A stretch of DNA of 63,966 nt, counting the filler, from Reticulomyxa filosa (lineage: Eukaryota > Protista > Foraminifera), in NCBI GenBank assembly GCA_000512085.1. It is 26 parts of 26 records of this genome, joined end to end, with 100 filler letters (N's around TTAATTAATTAA, not from the genome) between each part and the next. Parts side by side here need not be neighbours in the genome. Positions count along the whole stretch, not along the records: positions 25,489 to 28,278 come from ASPP01031205.1; positions 28,379 to 31,812 come from ASPP01027044.1; positions 31,913 to 33,163 come from ASPP01028786.1; positions 33,264 to 34,325 come from ASPP01013879.1; positions 34,426 to 35,482 come from ASPP01046277.1; positions 35,583 to 36,658 come from ASPP01019623.1; positions 36,759 to 42,285 come from ASPP01011904.1; 19 more parts are not named here. One strand, 5' to 3'. Position 1 is the first letter of the stretch, and each line of letters starts with the position of its first letter. Positions 25,389-38,160 of this stretch are shown one piece after another. The translations under genes were made by a program, and so were the position numbers. The notes under the pieces were generated by a model. The model worked only from the letters and a program-made list of their open reading frames with translations. It made no database searches and had not been told where the DNA came from.

Positions 25389-26496
25389 NNNNNNNNNNNN
25401 NNNNNNNNNNNNNNNNNNNNNNNNNNNNNNNNTTAATTAATTAANNNNNNNNNNNNNNNNNNNNNNNNNNNNNNNNNNNNNNNNNNNNATGAGTCACAAT
25501 ATCGGTTTGGTAATTCACTTTCGACCTGAAATAGATTATACACATTATTTCAAATTTGTATTCTATATGCAATTCGACTAGCACTAACATTTGAAGTTTT
25601 TGCCTATGATTTTAAAAATGCGGCTCATTTGGGTGAAATACTTTGATTTGAAAGGATTAATCAAATATTTATCAAATCTTTACACAACAGCTATTTTCTT
25701 TCCTTTGCTTTTGTTATCCAGAATGTTTGTAGTTTTGTGCAAAGAAGCTTAAAATTTCAAAAAGATTTGATTAATTACTTTTTGCATTGTTTAACATCAA
25801 AAAAATACCAAATACCCAAAATACAATAAATTGTTGAATTTTTATTTTAAAAACAAACAAAAGTGATATTATAATTCAAATAAAAAGAACAGTCAAGTGT
25901 TTGTTCTTTTCCAGACTTAAAACTTCCTCACTTATCATCAATATTTTCAATGGTAGATGATTTTCCTTCTTTCAGTTTTTGTCAATACTTGCATCTCTAA
26001 CCCATCTTACTTCCAACTACTTCTCTGACTATTCATACCTAAGTTTGATTTATCCTTTTAAACAGTCACAAGGTCAATATTCAATCTTGACAAAATGGAC
26101 AAAAAATTGGACCAATACGATGTGTATAGATCAATCCTTAAAAATGAAAGATGTATGAAAACTTCTTCCAATTCATAGTGGATAAGAACTATCTTGTGAT
26201 AATAATGAGTCACAAAACATGGCAGTTTAATAGCAAGAAGAAAAGCAAATTTATCTAAGTATTTTTTTACTCTTGTGACATTTTTCTTCCTGACCAAGCA
26301 CTATTTCAAAAAAATTTTTAAAATCATTAGTGCTGTAAGTATTTACTTGAAGGGGCCACCAAATAAGAAAAAAGTTAAATATGAAATTGTAGCTCGTTCG
26401 AGAAACTTTCAAAACAACAAAAATTTTCAATAAATAATAACAAAAAAATGTAAGAACTAAATAAATTCTTTTGTAATTACATTTAATTTTTTAGGT

Positions 26497-27810
26497 TTAA
26501 TTATCACATAAATCAATTATTTCCTTTTTTGTCGTTGGGTTTTGGATCGTTGATAGTAACGTCGATATATCTTGAGCGACATAATTTGCCATCGTGTTCG
26601 CGTATGATTCAATTTTTACTTTTTCAGTATTAGGGTATTGATGAGGTAATGCAGTCATTGTTTCAATTTTTATTGAACTCTTAATTTTGTCACTCACTAT
26701 GTTCATCAAATTTAACACATTTTGTTGGATTTGTTGAATTTGCTGCCCTTGTACTTGTCGAATTTGTTTTAGCTCTTTTATTTGTTCACTCATTTCGCTT
26801 TGAAGTTTTGTAAGCGGTTCACTAGCAATCTGCTTTCGCTTTTTTGCTTTTAGTTGTGTCTTTGACTTCATCATCACCGATATTTATATCAGAATCTTCT
26901 TTGCCATAAACAGATTCTGTGTTGTTCATTTCATTAGCCGTAAAAGTAGGCAACTTTGATTTGAATTGATCTTGCATTTTGGATATGGAAATATCAATGA
27001 ACAAACTGTTTTCTAAGGATTTTGAATCAAATTCTAAAGATTTGTTATTGGATTTCCAATAACTAAAATGTTTCAAATATCTTTGCAAGTTTGTTATCAA
27101 ATACATAAACGATTTTTGGGAATTTTTTTATGAGCATGCTTGGATTAGTTGCAAAATTGTGCACCATATTGCATTCTCTTTTTGAAAAAGAACAAAAAAG
27201 GTACTTGCCGCAAATAGTTTTATCATTTTTCACAACTGCAAGGCATTTGGCTTCGACTAACCAAAGAAGCGCATATACAGCTTCATTGGTAATGTCATTT
27301 GCATTTAACATATGATGCATATATTCATTATATAATTGCTTCAATGCCCACATGCAAATTGTGATATGCTATCTTGTTTATGATATAAAAAAATGTATAT
27401 TACACTTTGCGCAAGATCCTCGAGAGCAATCGGCATCTTTCAGCCTTTTGCAAGCAAATGAGTATTTTTCAGGTGAAATTAGATTTCTTTTACGGAATTT
27501 AGTTGTTGACTCAATTGTAGCCGTTACTGCAAAAAAAATTCATTGGATTATGTTCACTAACCCTTTTTTCAATTTCGCGAAACGAAGAACCGAAATATCC
27601 AATTTTTGTTCTTGTATACTTTGTAACTAAGTTTTTTAATTCTAGTGTTGGTAGTTTACTAATGAGCGTTTGAAAAATTTTTTCACTGTCATGCAATATT
27701 TTTCGCTTGTCGTCGATTTCGTCATACAGCAATTACACTTCATCATTGCTACTTTCTTTGCTTTCAGTAAGGCCAGTATTAAATAATGAATGTAATTGTT
27801 GAATTATAAT
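26497..27810 (-). pseudogene. Decayed intronless gene with a GIY-YIG-like nuclease motif and coiled-coil tail
   Basis: IGYFGSSFREIEKRVSEH fits YIGxTxxxxxRxxEH; later LLWLVEAKCL and ECN may supply the conserved Glu and Asn; four ORF pieces separated by frameshifts or stops. Confidence 0.45.
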
Positions 27811-28378
27811 TACAATTATCCTTTTTTTATCCAATAAACAAAAAAATAAAAAAAACTCTACTATAAAGCTTTTGTGCATAAAATATAGAGTTCACAACAA
27901 TAGAAAGATATCCCCGACTGGCACGTTCACTATTGAAGTGTCAAATGTGTGGTTATGTGGAATTGACTCGGAAGGGTGTGGTGGAGCAGTATTTTGGTCG
28001 GCAATCCATTCGCTTTTGTTCTGGTTAATGGATATGCCGTAAGTTTGATTAATGCTGGATAATGATACTAATGCGATGAGAATTGATGCGGAGCTAGAAG
28101 AAGCTATTATGTCGTCGTGCTTAATAAATCATTTAAGCTTATTGTTGTATCAATTTTCATTACTTCTTATATTTCTTTCAATTTTTGATTAACAAATGAA
28201 TATATTTTATTTAAGGTTTTTTTTATATTTTATCATTTTTTCTACTATTTCATCAAATCTTTTATTCAAGTCTTTTTTNNNNNNNNNNNNNNNNNNNNNN
28301 NNNNNNNNNNNNNNNNNNNNNNTTAATTAATTAANNNNNNNNNNNNNNNNNNNNNNNNNNNNNNNNNNNNNNNNNNNN

Positions 28379-30870
28379 TGTTGCATATTCCTTTAAGAAA
28401 AATTTCAAACATTTTTGATAAAACCATGGATAAAAGTAATGATAATATTCAAGAGAAATGGGTAAAAATAATGAAGGAATTGAATATTCCACACTGGAAT
28501 GAAAATGATACAAAATGTATAATGCACGCAAAGGATGGATTATTGTTGGTATTGGATGGATTTGATGAGATTGTAAATGAATTGAACACAAAACCAGGTT
28601 TGCAAAAGTGGTTGAAAGATTGTGCTTTAAATACAAATTATTCCATAATTATGGCAAGTCGTCCTAATGTAATGTGTTCATATTTGAATAATAAATTAAG
28701 ACGACTCAATGTCATTGGATTTCAAAAAGAAGATATCCAAAATTATGTTTATGGATATTTTCGAAACATTACAAATAATATCAATAATAATCAGGCAAAT
28801 ACATTGATAAAAACATTAAATAATAATCAAAATTTGAAATTATTGAGTCATACTCCATTGTATTTACGTTTATTTTGTTATCTTGTAAGACAAGAAATTA
28901 ATGAAGTGAATGAAATAAATAAAATCAAAGAAGAGAAAAAAGAGAATGAAATCGAAGATAAAATATTTAATGGATTAAATAATGTGTCTATTTCGAAATT
29001 ATATAAGAAATTGTTGGAATGTTATATGAAATGGAATTGGACAAAATCGAATGAAATGAAAGAAAAAATAAATCCGCAAAATATGTTCAATATTTTTGAA
29101 ATGGAAATTGACTATTTGTCACATCTTGCTTGGGAAGGATTGAAAATTGGACAAATAATAATTTCTTGTGAAATTCAAGAAAAGTCATTACATTGGATTA
29201 AAATGAAATATCCACGTAAATGTATTGCAATTCCATCTCAATGGTCTCGAATTCATTCATTTGGATTTTTACAAGGACAGGAGTCTATGAGTCCATCACA
29301 TCCAATTAATCCAGTGTATTTTTCCTCATTTGACATTTCAAGAATGGTTTGCTGCTTATTATTTGGTGCATTGTTTATATGAACCAATTGAATCAAATGA
29401 GCATAAACAAGTATGTCATGTTTTGATTAATGAGCAATTCACTCCCAAATATTCAGTGATGATATCATTTATGGCCGGGATATTATATGATTATATTCAA
29501 AATAAAAAAGATCTTACTGGATCTGGTTTATTATATTTTTGGAAATTGTTACGCTCTCCATCACTTGCTCAACTTTCTCCCACTCGTCAAATGATGTTGC
29601 ATATGCGTTATCTGGATGCTTGCAAAGCAGATACAGAGAGTCCATTTCTTCCGTCTTCACTTAAAGATTGTCACATTACTCTTATTCGTTCGTTCAAATC
29701 ATTTCTCATTACTTGGGTCGAAGGTAGCAAACTCAAAAAAATTACGCTTGTAACAATGGATATCAGGTCGAGCATCGACCATTCGACAAAGTAATAAAAT
29801 TTCATTTGCCCAACTTGCGATATATCCTTCTTCATTCGGTTATTGATTCATACATCATGGATCAACTCAATAAAGTTCAAAAGCAATTAAGCAAGATAAA
29901 GGAAAGTCAATTCATGTATCGATTTCAGGTGTTGGGACACTTGAGCATCTCGTCACAAACATTGAAAATTGTTATCCAATGCTGCCAGGAAGGTTTTCGA
30001 CAATATTTTTGTTGTTTAAAATATGTGTTCGATTGAAACGAGAAGGGAGACATTGCATGGAATTACCAAAAAACACAACATTTGAACAAGCGTATGAAAA
30101 AGGAATAAAAGAATTGCAAGTGCAATTGACAACTTATTGGGATTACATCACAGCAATGAAAGTTCATTTCGTATGTCCAACATTGCTTGGTAATTGGAGT
30201 TGGAATGTGGTAGATCGTTTGGTGAATTTAAAACCAAATAATAAGTGTTGTGAAATGAGTTTAGTGGTTGGCCATAAAGATCATTCCATTTATTTGAGTT
30301 TGTGTAAAACATCGACTCATATTTTGATTCGGATTGACAATCGATGGATGGAAACTATTCCATCTGATACTCATCCAAGTAAAATTGTATCGACAAATGA
30401 CAAGAATTGCACATTAATCCAGCCTTATTTGGTCGCATACTTTTTATGTAATAGCACAAATGTTGATCAACATAAGGAAGGTTGCAAAATTATATCGAAT
30501 GTGCATTTCGATGGAGAAAGCGTGAAAGTGATAAAAGTATGGCACATTTATATTGTATTGATAGTCAATCATCGTGCAATATTCTTCCTCGTGAGGGGAA
30601 TTTGTTATCAATTGCAAAGAATTGGCCGTATCTTTCTGTTCAAACTGACGCAAATAACTGCTATTTGCGAAATCACAATGTTGGATATCGAATTCGTTTG
30701 GGTAATGACGTTTATTATTGGATTTATAATCAAGAAGGTAAGAGTTTTGTGTTCAATAGAGGTGTTCCAAAATAAGATGAATGGACAAAGGAAACTAAAG
30801 AAGTCGGCAAAAGGATCCTGCCAAATCAAAAAACACAAAAACAGTGGCAAGGCCTTACGACATACTAGCG
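28379..30870 (+). pseudogene. NACHT-family NTPase, partial and frameshifted, with further C-terminal region
   Basis: Walker B LLLVLDGFDEI, sensor IIMASRP, TPLYL, winged-helix (F.)HLTFQEWFAAYYL split by a frameshift near 29320; more breaks near 29750 and 30000. Confidence 0.8.
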
Positions 30871-30981
30871 AAGCTCCAAGAGTACCATGGAATACTTTTC
30901 CACTTGCCTTCCAGACAACTTTTTCTTTTTTGTTTGTTTATTTAGTCATTTTCGTTTCTAAAGGTATTAATTTTGCAAATA

Positions 30982-31540
30982 CAATAGAATGCAAAAGAAA
31001 TTTGACACCTTAAACGACATCTTGTATAGATAATTGATTTTCTTCACAAAGAAACAATATCCAGACCTAATTTTTTATTTAAGAAAATATCTGCAAATTG
31101 TGTAGTGTTTAAATATGATTTTCATTTTGTTTTTTATAAATCTTTCTTTGTTTAGAATTTAAATGTTTTATCGATTTTTGAAATTTTTGAGAAAAGTTTA
31201 CAATCGTGCATGTATCATAACCACGAAATTTCCAACTTTTTTAAAGCATTTTCAAAAAATGTTCCATCATAAATATTTTGCATAAAAATAACAAGTTTTC
31301 GCAATGAAAACGAATAATAAAAATTTGTTGAAAAATGAATTAAAAGCAAGTAAATTTTAAAGATGTTATAATTTAAACGAAGATTTAAATTTTCAAATTA
31401 GGAAAGACGTTATAAAAAACTAAAATCAAAATCATGTCAAAAACTACACAATTTGTTAAAAAAAATTATGTCTGAATGTTGCTTTTTCATGAAGAAAATT
31501 GATCATCTCTATAAAGTGCCTATTTTCTTTTGCATCATTG
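30982..31540. mobile_element. Complete 559-bp MITE of the Tc1-like family with long imperfect TIRs and TA target-site duplication
   Basis: Left TA|CAATAGAATGCAAAAGAAATTTGACAC, right GTGCCTATTTTCTTTTGCATCATTG|TA; 30982-31165 is an imperfect inverse of 31381-31540. Confidence 0.85.
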
Positions 31541-31912
31541 TATTTTCATCATAAATGCACACTCTACAATGATAATTATTACAAGAGTCAAAAATAGGAG
31601 AATACACAAGAATTTTTTTTGATCATGCAAAAACTAATCCTTTTCAAAAAAAGTGTTTTTATTGATTTCTCATTCTCCTTGTTAACAAAAAATTCACTCA
31701 AATTTTCAGACAAAAAACTTGATGTGGAATTGAAGACGATATCTCATAACACTGAACTAGATATTTCTTTTTTGATATAAATTGAAATATAACGTTTCTC
31801 TTGTACAATAAANNNNNNNNNNNNNNNNNNNNNNNNNNNNNNNNNNNNNNNNNNNNTTAATTAATTAANNNNNNNNNNNNNNNNNNNNNNNNNNNNNNNN
31901 NNNNNNNNNNNN

Positions 31913-32678
31913 ACAGAGGAATCGATAAGAATGAAAGAGATTGATGGTTGTGCACACTCGAATTGCATGAAATTGCAAGCTATTGTCCTCTTCATTATAT
32001 GCAATTGCCAATCCTGTTTTTTGGTGAAATAACATCATTTCAGCTATTTTGCTACGCGTTTTGCCTTTTGGCACAAAACAATGACATCGAATCAAATTAT
32101 CAATTGGCAAGCCTGCATATTTAACATATTGAAATGTATTCAAGTTGAATACGCTAATATTCTTTGGAAAATAAGTGATAAACATTAAATGATTCGAGCT
32201 ACCACCAATTATTGTACGCACTCCTTCATAATTGTCCTCATATCTCCCAATGGTAATTACTCTGTCTTTATTGTCCGTTAAGGGAATCCATTTGTTATAA
32301 TGCTTATTCGCATTTTCCATTTTATTCTCATCGCGATTGATGATGTTGTCATCATTCCAAACGCTCATATATGTCATCACCATTGTAGGCTTTTCACGAT
32401 ATCTGCCTGATCCACCGAAAGACAGCAAGCAGGGATTATTTTTGTTGTCAATATACTTCACCACACAGTCGCTCTAAGTTGAAAACATTGCTTGGATACG
32501 AACAAATATACTTGTACAGGTTTTTGACGGTATGGTAGGAATAACATTCGTCATTATAATAACTTCCACAAATAAGGATTTCATCTTTATGTGCCACACA
32601 TTGACAACCTCGAAGTAGAAGTGGTGAAGGAGCCAATGTTTGAAAAGGACTTATAATGCTCAGATTTTCGGCTTTCAT
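31913..32678 (-). CDS. Kelch-like beta-propeller protein of the expanded host family (frameshift near 32470; possible pseudogene)
   Basis: QCVAHKDEILICG..CYSYHT, LLSFGG, IIGGSSNHLMFITY..NISVFNLNTF, HCFV blades. Confidence 0.65.
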
Positions 32679-33018
32679 GTTACAAAGAAAACAAACAAGT
32701 AACCCCTTAGTATGTACTAGAATTTGTAGTCGTTTCAAACCATAAAAAAAAGTTATAATTTTACGTTTTCACGTGGACGACATTATAAAATAAAGCGAAA
32801 TACTAACTATGTTTTGAGGTAAATAAAATTCAAAAATCTGGATTAACATGCTCGGTTTTAATAATCGAAAATGTGGACTCTTAGCACAGCTTCCACGTCT
32901 TGAAGTAAAGCAATAAACTTGGGCCTTCTTCATGTGTGATTTTTTTTTTTAGCTACCAAAGGGAAATTAAAACTTTAGATCAAACTAATAAAAATCCAAA
33001 TCATTAATAATTTATACA

Positions 33019-33163
33019 ATGTCGTCATTTAAAGCATATGTGACTGATGGAGTAACAGTACATACGATAATGTTACCGAAATTGACGATGGAACACTTGA
33101 GGCAACAAATTCTTCAAGCTGCTCAGCCTGCACACGTCAACAATGTGTTAGTGGCAATTGTTG
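33019..33163 (+). CDS. N-terminus of a host hypothetical protein (PB1/ubiquitin-like start), partial
   Basis: ATG-initiated open frame to the contig end. Confidence 0.4.
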
Positions 33164-33263
33164 NNNNNNNNNNNNNNNNNNNNNNNNNNNNNNNNNNNNN
33201 NNNNNNNTTAATTAATTAANNNNNNNNNNNNNNNNNNNNNNNNNNNNNNNNNNNNNNNNNNNN

Positions 33264-33373
33264 GACAGCAGAACACTCAGAGTCTTGTCGGTCAATTTCA
33301 GGATGACGACGTCGACGGTCGCAATCGGAGACGCCCAACTATTTGATTGAACTGCATTTTTCTTAGGGATCAT
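33264..33373 (-). CDS. Bacterial Nudix-domain protein, NrtR-like regulator, N-terminus only
   Basis: GGAGG 4 nt before the ATG; PIATVDVVILKLTDKTLSVLL is the typical first strand of ADP-ribose Nudix/NrtR proteins. Confidence 0.7.
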
Positions 33374-33414
33374 GAGGCCTCCGCTGATCCCCTTCTTGCG
33401 CCGATTCCTCCTTA

Positions 33415-33456
33415 TTGACAATCGGAATATAAGTTAGTAGATAAATGTCACTAACT
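33415..33456 (+). promoter_or_regulatory. -35 box and palindromic candidate NrtR operator
   Basis: TTGACA at 33415-33420; AGTTAGT-N11-ACTAACT at 33432-33456 overlaps the expected -10 region, in an AT-rich island of a high-GC contig. Confidence 0.6.
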
Positions 33457-33468
33457 AGAGGGAAGCCA

Positions 33469-34325
33469 ATGTTCGGAATGCGTTTCATCAAGAGCGAACC
33501 CACCCAGCACATCCTGTATTTCCGCAACGGCAAGCTGCGCCGCGAGGGCGCCGGGCAGTCGTTTTTCTATTTCGCGCCGACAGCCGGTATCGCGCTGGTG
33601 CCGACCGCGAGCGCCGACGATCCCTTCATCGTCCAGGAGACGACGGCCGACTTCCAGGAGGTGACGGTCCAGGGCCAGGTGTCCTATCGCGTCACGGATC
33701 CGCATCGGCTGGCGAGGATGATGAACTTCACGCTCGACGCGAAAGGCAAGTACGTCTTCCGACGATCCCGGCAAGCTCAGCCAGCGGGTCATGCATCAGG
33801 TCCAGGTTCTCATGCGCTCCGAGATCCAGGCTCTCGATCTGCGCGCTGTGCTGGCGGCGGGCGACAAGCTCGGTGACAAGGTCGGAGAGTCGCTGGCGAC
33901 GAACCCCGTGATCGTCGCGCTTGGAATCGAAGTGCTGGGCCTCTCGGTGCTTGCGGTGCGGCCGAAGCCCGAGACGACGCGCGCGCTGGAGGCTGAAACC
34001 CGCGAGGCCTTGCTGCGGCGTGCGGACGAAGCGACCTACAGCCGCCGCAACGCCGCAGTGGAGCAGGAGCGTGCGATCAAGGAGAACGAACTCAACACGG
34101 AGATCGCCGTGGAGGCCAAGCGCCGGCAGGTGCGTGAAGCGCAGATGGACGTCGAACGGGCCGTCCAGGCCAAGCAGCAGGAAATTGCGCGCGAGACGAT
34201 GGAGGGCAAGATCGAAATCGAAGAGCGCAATCGCGAACTCGTCGGTCTGGTCACCGAAAACGCACGCGCCGATGCCGACGCCAAGGCCTATGGCATCGCC
34301 GCGGCGATGAAGGCCTTCGCGGATG
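33469..34325 (+). CDS. Bacterial SPFH/Band-7 domain protein, partial (extra base near 33757)
   Basis: SD GAGGGA; MFGMRFIKSEPT..GQSFFYFAPT..TADFQEVTVQGQVSYRVTDP, then coiled coil RRNAAVEQERAIKENELNTEIAVE; removing one T restores YVSDDPGKLSQRV. Confidence 0.85.
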
Positions 34326-34425
34326 NNNNNNNNNNNNNNNNNNNNNNNNNNNNNNNNNNNNNNNNNNNNTTAATTAATTAANNNNNNNNNNNNNNNNNNN
34401 NNNNNNNNNNNNNNNNNNNNNNNNN

Positions 34426-35482
34426 AAAATATGTTTTTGTTCTGCAAAGGTAAGGTTATTTTTTCCAAACAAAGATGGCATATAAGTATATTTTGACACA
34501 TGATAATCTTTTTCAATCACTTCTTGCTCTGGTTCACTCAATGTTTTCAAAGTACCACTCACTCCCATAATGCAATAGAAAGTTTTAGGGATTTCGGCAT
34601 AAGAAAAATTGCCAATTCGAAAAGAAAGTGAAATGTTATTTTTGAAACTTTCATCACTTATTTTTCTCTGTTCATGTTCATGATAGTATGCAAACAAGGT
34701 TTTGTAACCATAACGGACGTTATAATAAATGCTATCTTGTTCTTTGTATCCAATTTTGTCATTACTCACTTGATATCCATGAGATTTAAATGTTCGCACA
34801 TCACTCAACATATCTTTGATCGCTTCATCCAGCAATGCATCCCATCCTTTCAATGCATCACAACACGATTTGTATTCATTTGATTGTTGCACAACACCTA
34901 ATCGTAAAAAGGATTTACGATGTTCCCAAATGTAATTAATGAGTTTGGTAATTGCATCATGTCGCAAAGTGGCAGCAGGGGAATAATAACTGCCATAGAA
35001 TTCTTTGTTGAAAAATACATTGACTTCGTCAATCAATAACACTTTAGCACGAGTGATATATGGTGTTTCCACACCCTTTTTTTCATCATCGGGGATAATC
35101 AAATTTTCCACAAGTTTGCGAACATCACCTCCCTCGTTGATGACACGCTCACAGAGTTTGTTGAATGTACCATAGTGAATGTGGTCCACAACACCAAATG
35201 CATTAAATAGTGACTCAAAACTTTTAAAATCTCTGCAACTCAAATATTCACTGTATGATGCACAACTCACATCAAAGCCCAATAATGCCAATACACAAGA
35301 TGCAATTGCAAGGGTTATAGATCTATGCTCTCCAGTTTCGATTTGAACTAAATTACTGACTAATCCAGGTTTGCTTCCTATCCAATTGTTGATAAATTGT
35401 GGCTTGTTTTCATCAATTTTTTTTTGCAAATTGTGGAGAATTCCTTTGTTTTCATCAATTCCCAACATGCGAAAGATTGCAA
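34426..35482 (-). CDS. Eukaryotic SecA-DEAD-like SF2 helicase fragment with degenerate catalytic motifs
   Basis: LVQIETGEHRS (for TGEGKS), YSEYLSCRD, IHYGTF, LLIDEVN (for DEVD), GVSGTL. Confidence 0.75.
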
Positions 35483-36789
35483 NNNNNNNNNNNNNNNNNN
35501 NNNNNNNNNNNNNNNNNNNNNNNNNNTTAATTAATTAANNNNNNNNNNNNNNNNNNNNNNNNNNNNNNNNNNNNNNNNNNNNTTTTTTTTTTTCTATAGG
35601 AACCTTGAGTGGACCCCTTTTTGCAAAACTCTTTTTTGTATCATTTTATTTTTATGTGTTCAACCAAAGTTGGAAGAGGAATTAAACAGAGTATAAACAA
35701 ATGGACGAAGGTGGAACACTTGGTAGAGTACGAGAATAGCAGCAGCGAGTGGCAAGAAAAAAAACAAAAAGTATGGAGGAGCTGACGAGAAATGAATGGC
35801 GACATAGCCACGCTTGCGTGAGTATCAAGTCCAACTTGACAATATTCGTCTGTCCTTGCAACAATGTCTTTCCCAATAGTATACTTCTTCTTCCTATACC
35901 AAGAAAGACAGTTCTGACGAACAAAAAAATGAAGAATGAATGACTCTTGACACATACTACTTACTGTTGTAAAATATATCTCTATGTGTTTACTACGTGC
36001 ATGCACATGCTCACAAACATGCAGTTCTTAAACATAACTGCAAAAAGGTTTTGTAACAACAGAATAAAGAGTTTGATAATCAATTGAATATTGCCAAATC
36101 AATAGATTGATTTTTTTCAATTGAAAGAATAATATGTTTCGATTGATATAATAGACAAAGAAGACTTGTAACAATTGTCAAGGGAAAAAGAGGAAATAGA
36201 AGAGAATATGAAAAAGTATATGATGAAGATTTTTTAAAAAAATCAAAAAACATCGAACACTGTCGTGTTTCAATTATTCAATGCTTATAAACTGAAATTT
36301 CTTACATATTCGCAATATTTCAATATCAGTTGTCAGACTTTCAAAGTTTTGACAATGGTTGTAGTCGATTTTGGCATGTATTGCCTTGTGTAAGAAAGAA
36401 AAGAATGAAACAAATGAAGAAGACAATTTAACAGAAAATATTTATTGAACAGAGTATGTAGACTTACAAATTTGACATATATGCATTTGGAATCTCATTA
36501 TTTGAAGAACGAACGTAATGTGAATTGACCTTCCAGCAGGCTGCTACCTTAGTTGAAAAATAAGTAATATATACGTCATGATCTAAATAATGAAAAGATT
36601 GCCAGCATTCCTAAACTGGAAAATTTGTTGACTGACAAAGAATATTAGTTTAGACCAANNNNNNNNNNNNNNNNNNNNNNNNNNNNNNNNNNNNNNNNNN
36701 NNTTAATTAATTAANNNNNNNNNNNNNNNNNNNNNNNNNNNNNNNNNNNNNNNNNNNNGATAATAAAATTACAAAGAGATTTTAATAAG

Positions 36790-37386
36790 ATATGTGATGT
36801 TGACTTTTCTCCAAATGGAAGATATATTGTGTCAGGTTTTAAAGATAAAACAATAAGATTATGGGATATACATTCTGGAATAGAAATGAATCAATTATTA
36901 GGACATTCAGGAAGTGTATTTAGTACACAATTTTCACCAGATGGTAAAATGATTGTATCATCATCAAATGATAAAACAATTAATCTGTGGAACGTAGAAT
37001 CTGGTGAAATATTGAGACAATTTAAAGGACATTCTAGTCGTGTAATGCGTGCAAAATTTTCCCCAGATGGTAAATTTATTGTATCATGCTCATTTGATAA
37101 TACAGTTCGAATATGGAATATTGAAACAGGAATAGAATTGAAAATATTGGAAGGACATACAAATTGTGTGGATGATATACAATATTTTCCAAATTGTCGA
37201 ACAATTATATCATGTTCAAGAGATAGAACAGTTCAATTGTGGGACGTAGAGTCTGAGAAGATAATACAAATATTGAACGGAAATTCTGCATATGTGAGGT
37301 GTGTAGATGTTTCTCAAAATGGGAATAAAATTATATTAGGCTATAATGATTGTAAAATCCAAATTTGGGGGTTATTATATTCATGA
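36790..37386 (+). CDS. WD40-repeat protein, C-terminal part
   Basis: Five GH..FSPDG..IVS.S.D.T...W repeats. Confidence 0.9.
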   Translation: MCDVDFSPNGRYIVSGFKDKTIRLWDIHSGIEMNQLLGHSGSVFSTQFSPDGKMIVSSSNDKTINLWNVESGEILRQFKGHSSRVMRAKFSPDGKFIVSCSFDNTVRIWNIETGIELKILEGHTNCVDDIQYFPNCRTIISCSRDRTVQLWDVESEKIIQILNGNSAYVRCVDVSQNGNKIILGYNDCKIQIWGLLYS

Positions 37387-37641
37387 AAGTGATTTTTTGA
37401 TTTTGTTCCTTTTGAATATAATTTTCTAAAGTGATACTTTTCATGACCTTGGACTTTAAAATATTTGCATTTTGCTTATATCTCAATACAAAGATGACAG
37501 TGAATATGTAATAAATTCCTTTAAATTAAAAGAGAAACTTATTTAGTGTTTTTTACTTTTTTGATTAAATTTTGCTTAAACTTATCACAACCTTTAGAAT
37601 GTAATTGGTGTAAAAATGTATCCTACTTGCACGAACATATA

Positions 37642-38160
37642 CATTAGATTGCAGAAAAAACTGACATACCTAAATGGCATTATATGAAGAGAATCAATTT
37701 TCTCCATGAAAGATAAAGATTTAAACTTAATTTTTTTTAAAAAAATATCTACTAATCTTATAGTTTTTAAATATTAAATTCCTTTTTTTTTTGCTAATTT
37801 TCTTTATTGTTGATCTTTTTAATTGACATTTCAAAATTTTGATATTTAAAATGGTGAAATATTTTAGTGCTTTTAAGAAAGAAGTTGTTGTTGGTATGAG
37901 TCAAGAAAGAGTTAGATGATGGTGAAATCAAAGTTTCTTATGAAACTGTAACAAGGACTCTAAATAGAAATAGTTGATAGTAGTAACTAGAAGAAAAAAC
38001 CAGATTTAAATTATAGTCATACCAAAGCAATGTTAGAATTTGCAAATTTATATAAACACTGGCTGTAGATTATTTAAAAAAGTCATTTTTTCAGATGAAA
38101 CAAAAATTAATTTGCGTAGAAGTGATTGAATAAAATATTTATGTAAAATACCAAACCAAG
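37642..38160 (+). mobile_element. Tc1-like transposon 5' part: left TIR plus decayed transposase N-terminus
   Basis: TA|CATTAGATTGCAG.. terminus; ATG at 37851; IKVSYETVTRTL, KKPDL..HTKAMLEFANLYKHW and KKVIFSDETKIN (first catalytic Asp, near 38090). Confidence 0.85.

Noticed and set aside
10767-34325. Horizontal transfer of bacterial genes into the protist genome
   Set aside because: Both bacterial segments are whole contigs bounded by linkers, with bacterial promoters or SD sites and no junction to host DNA.
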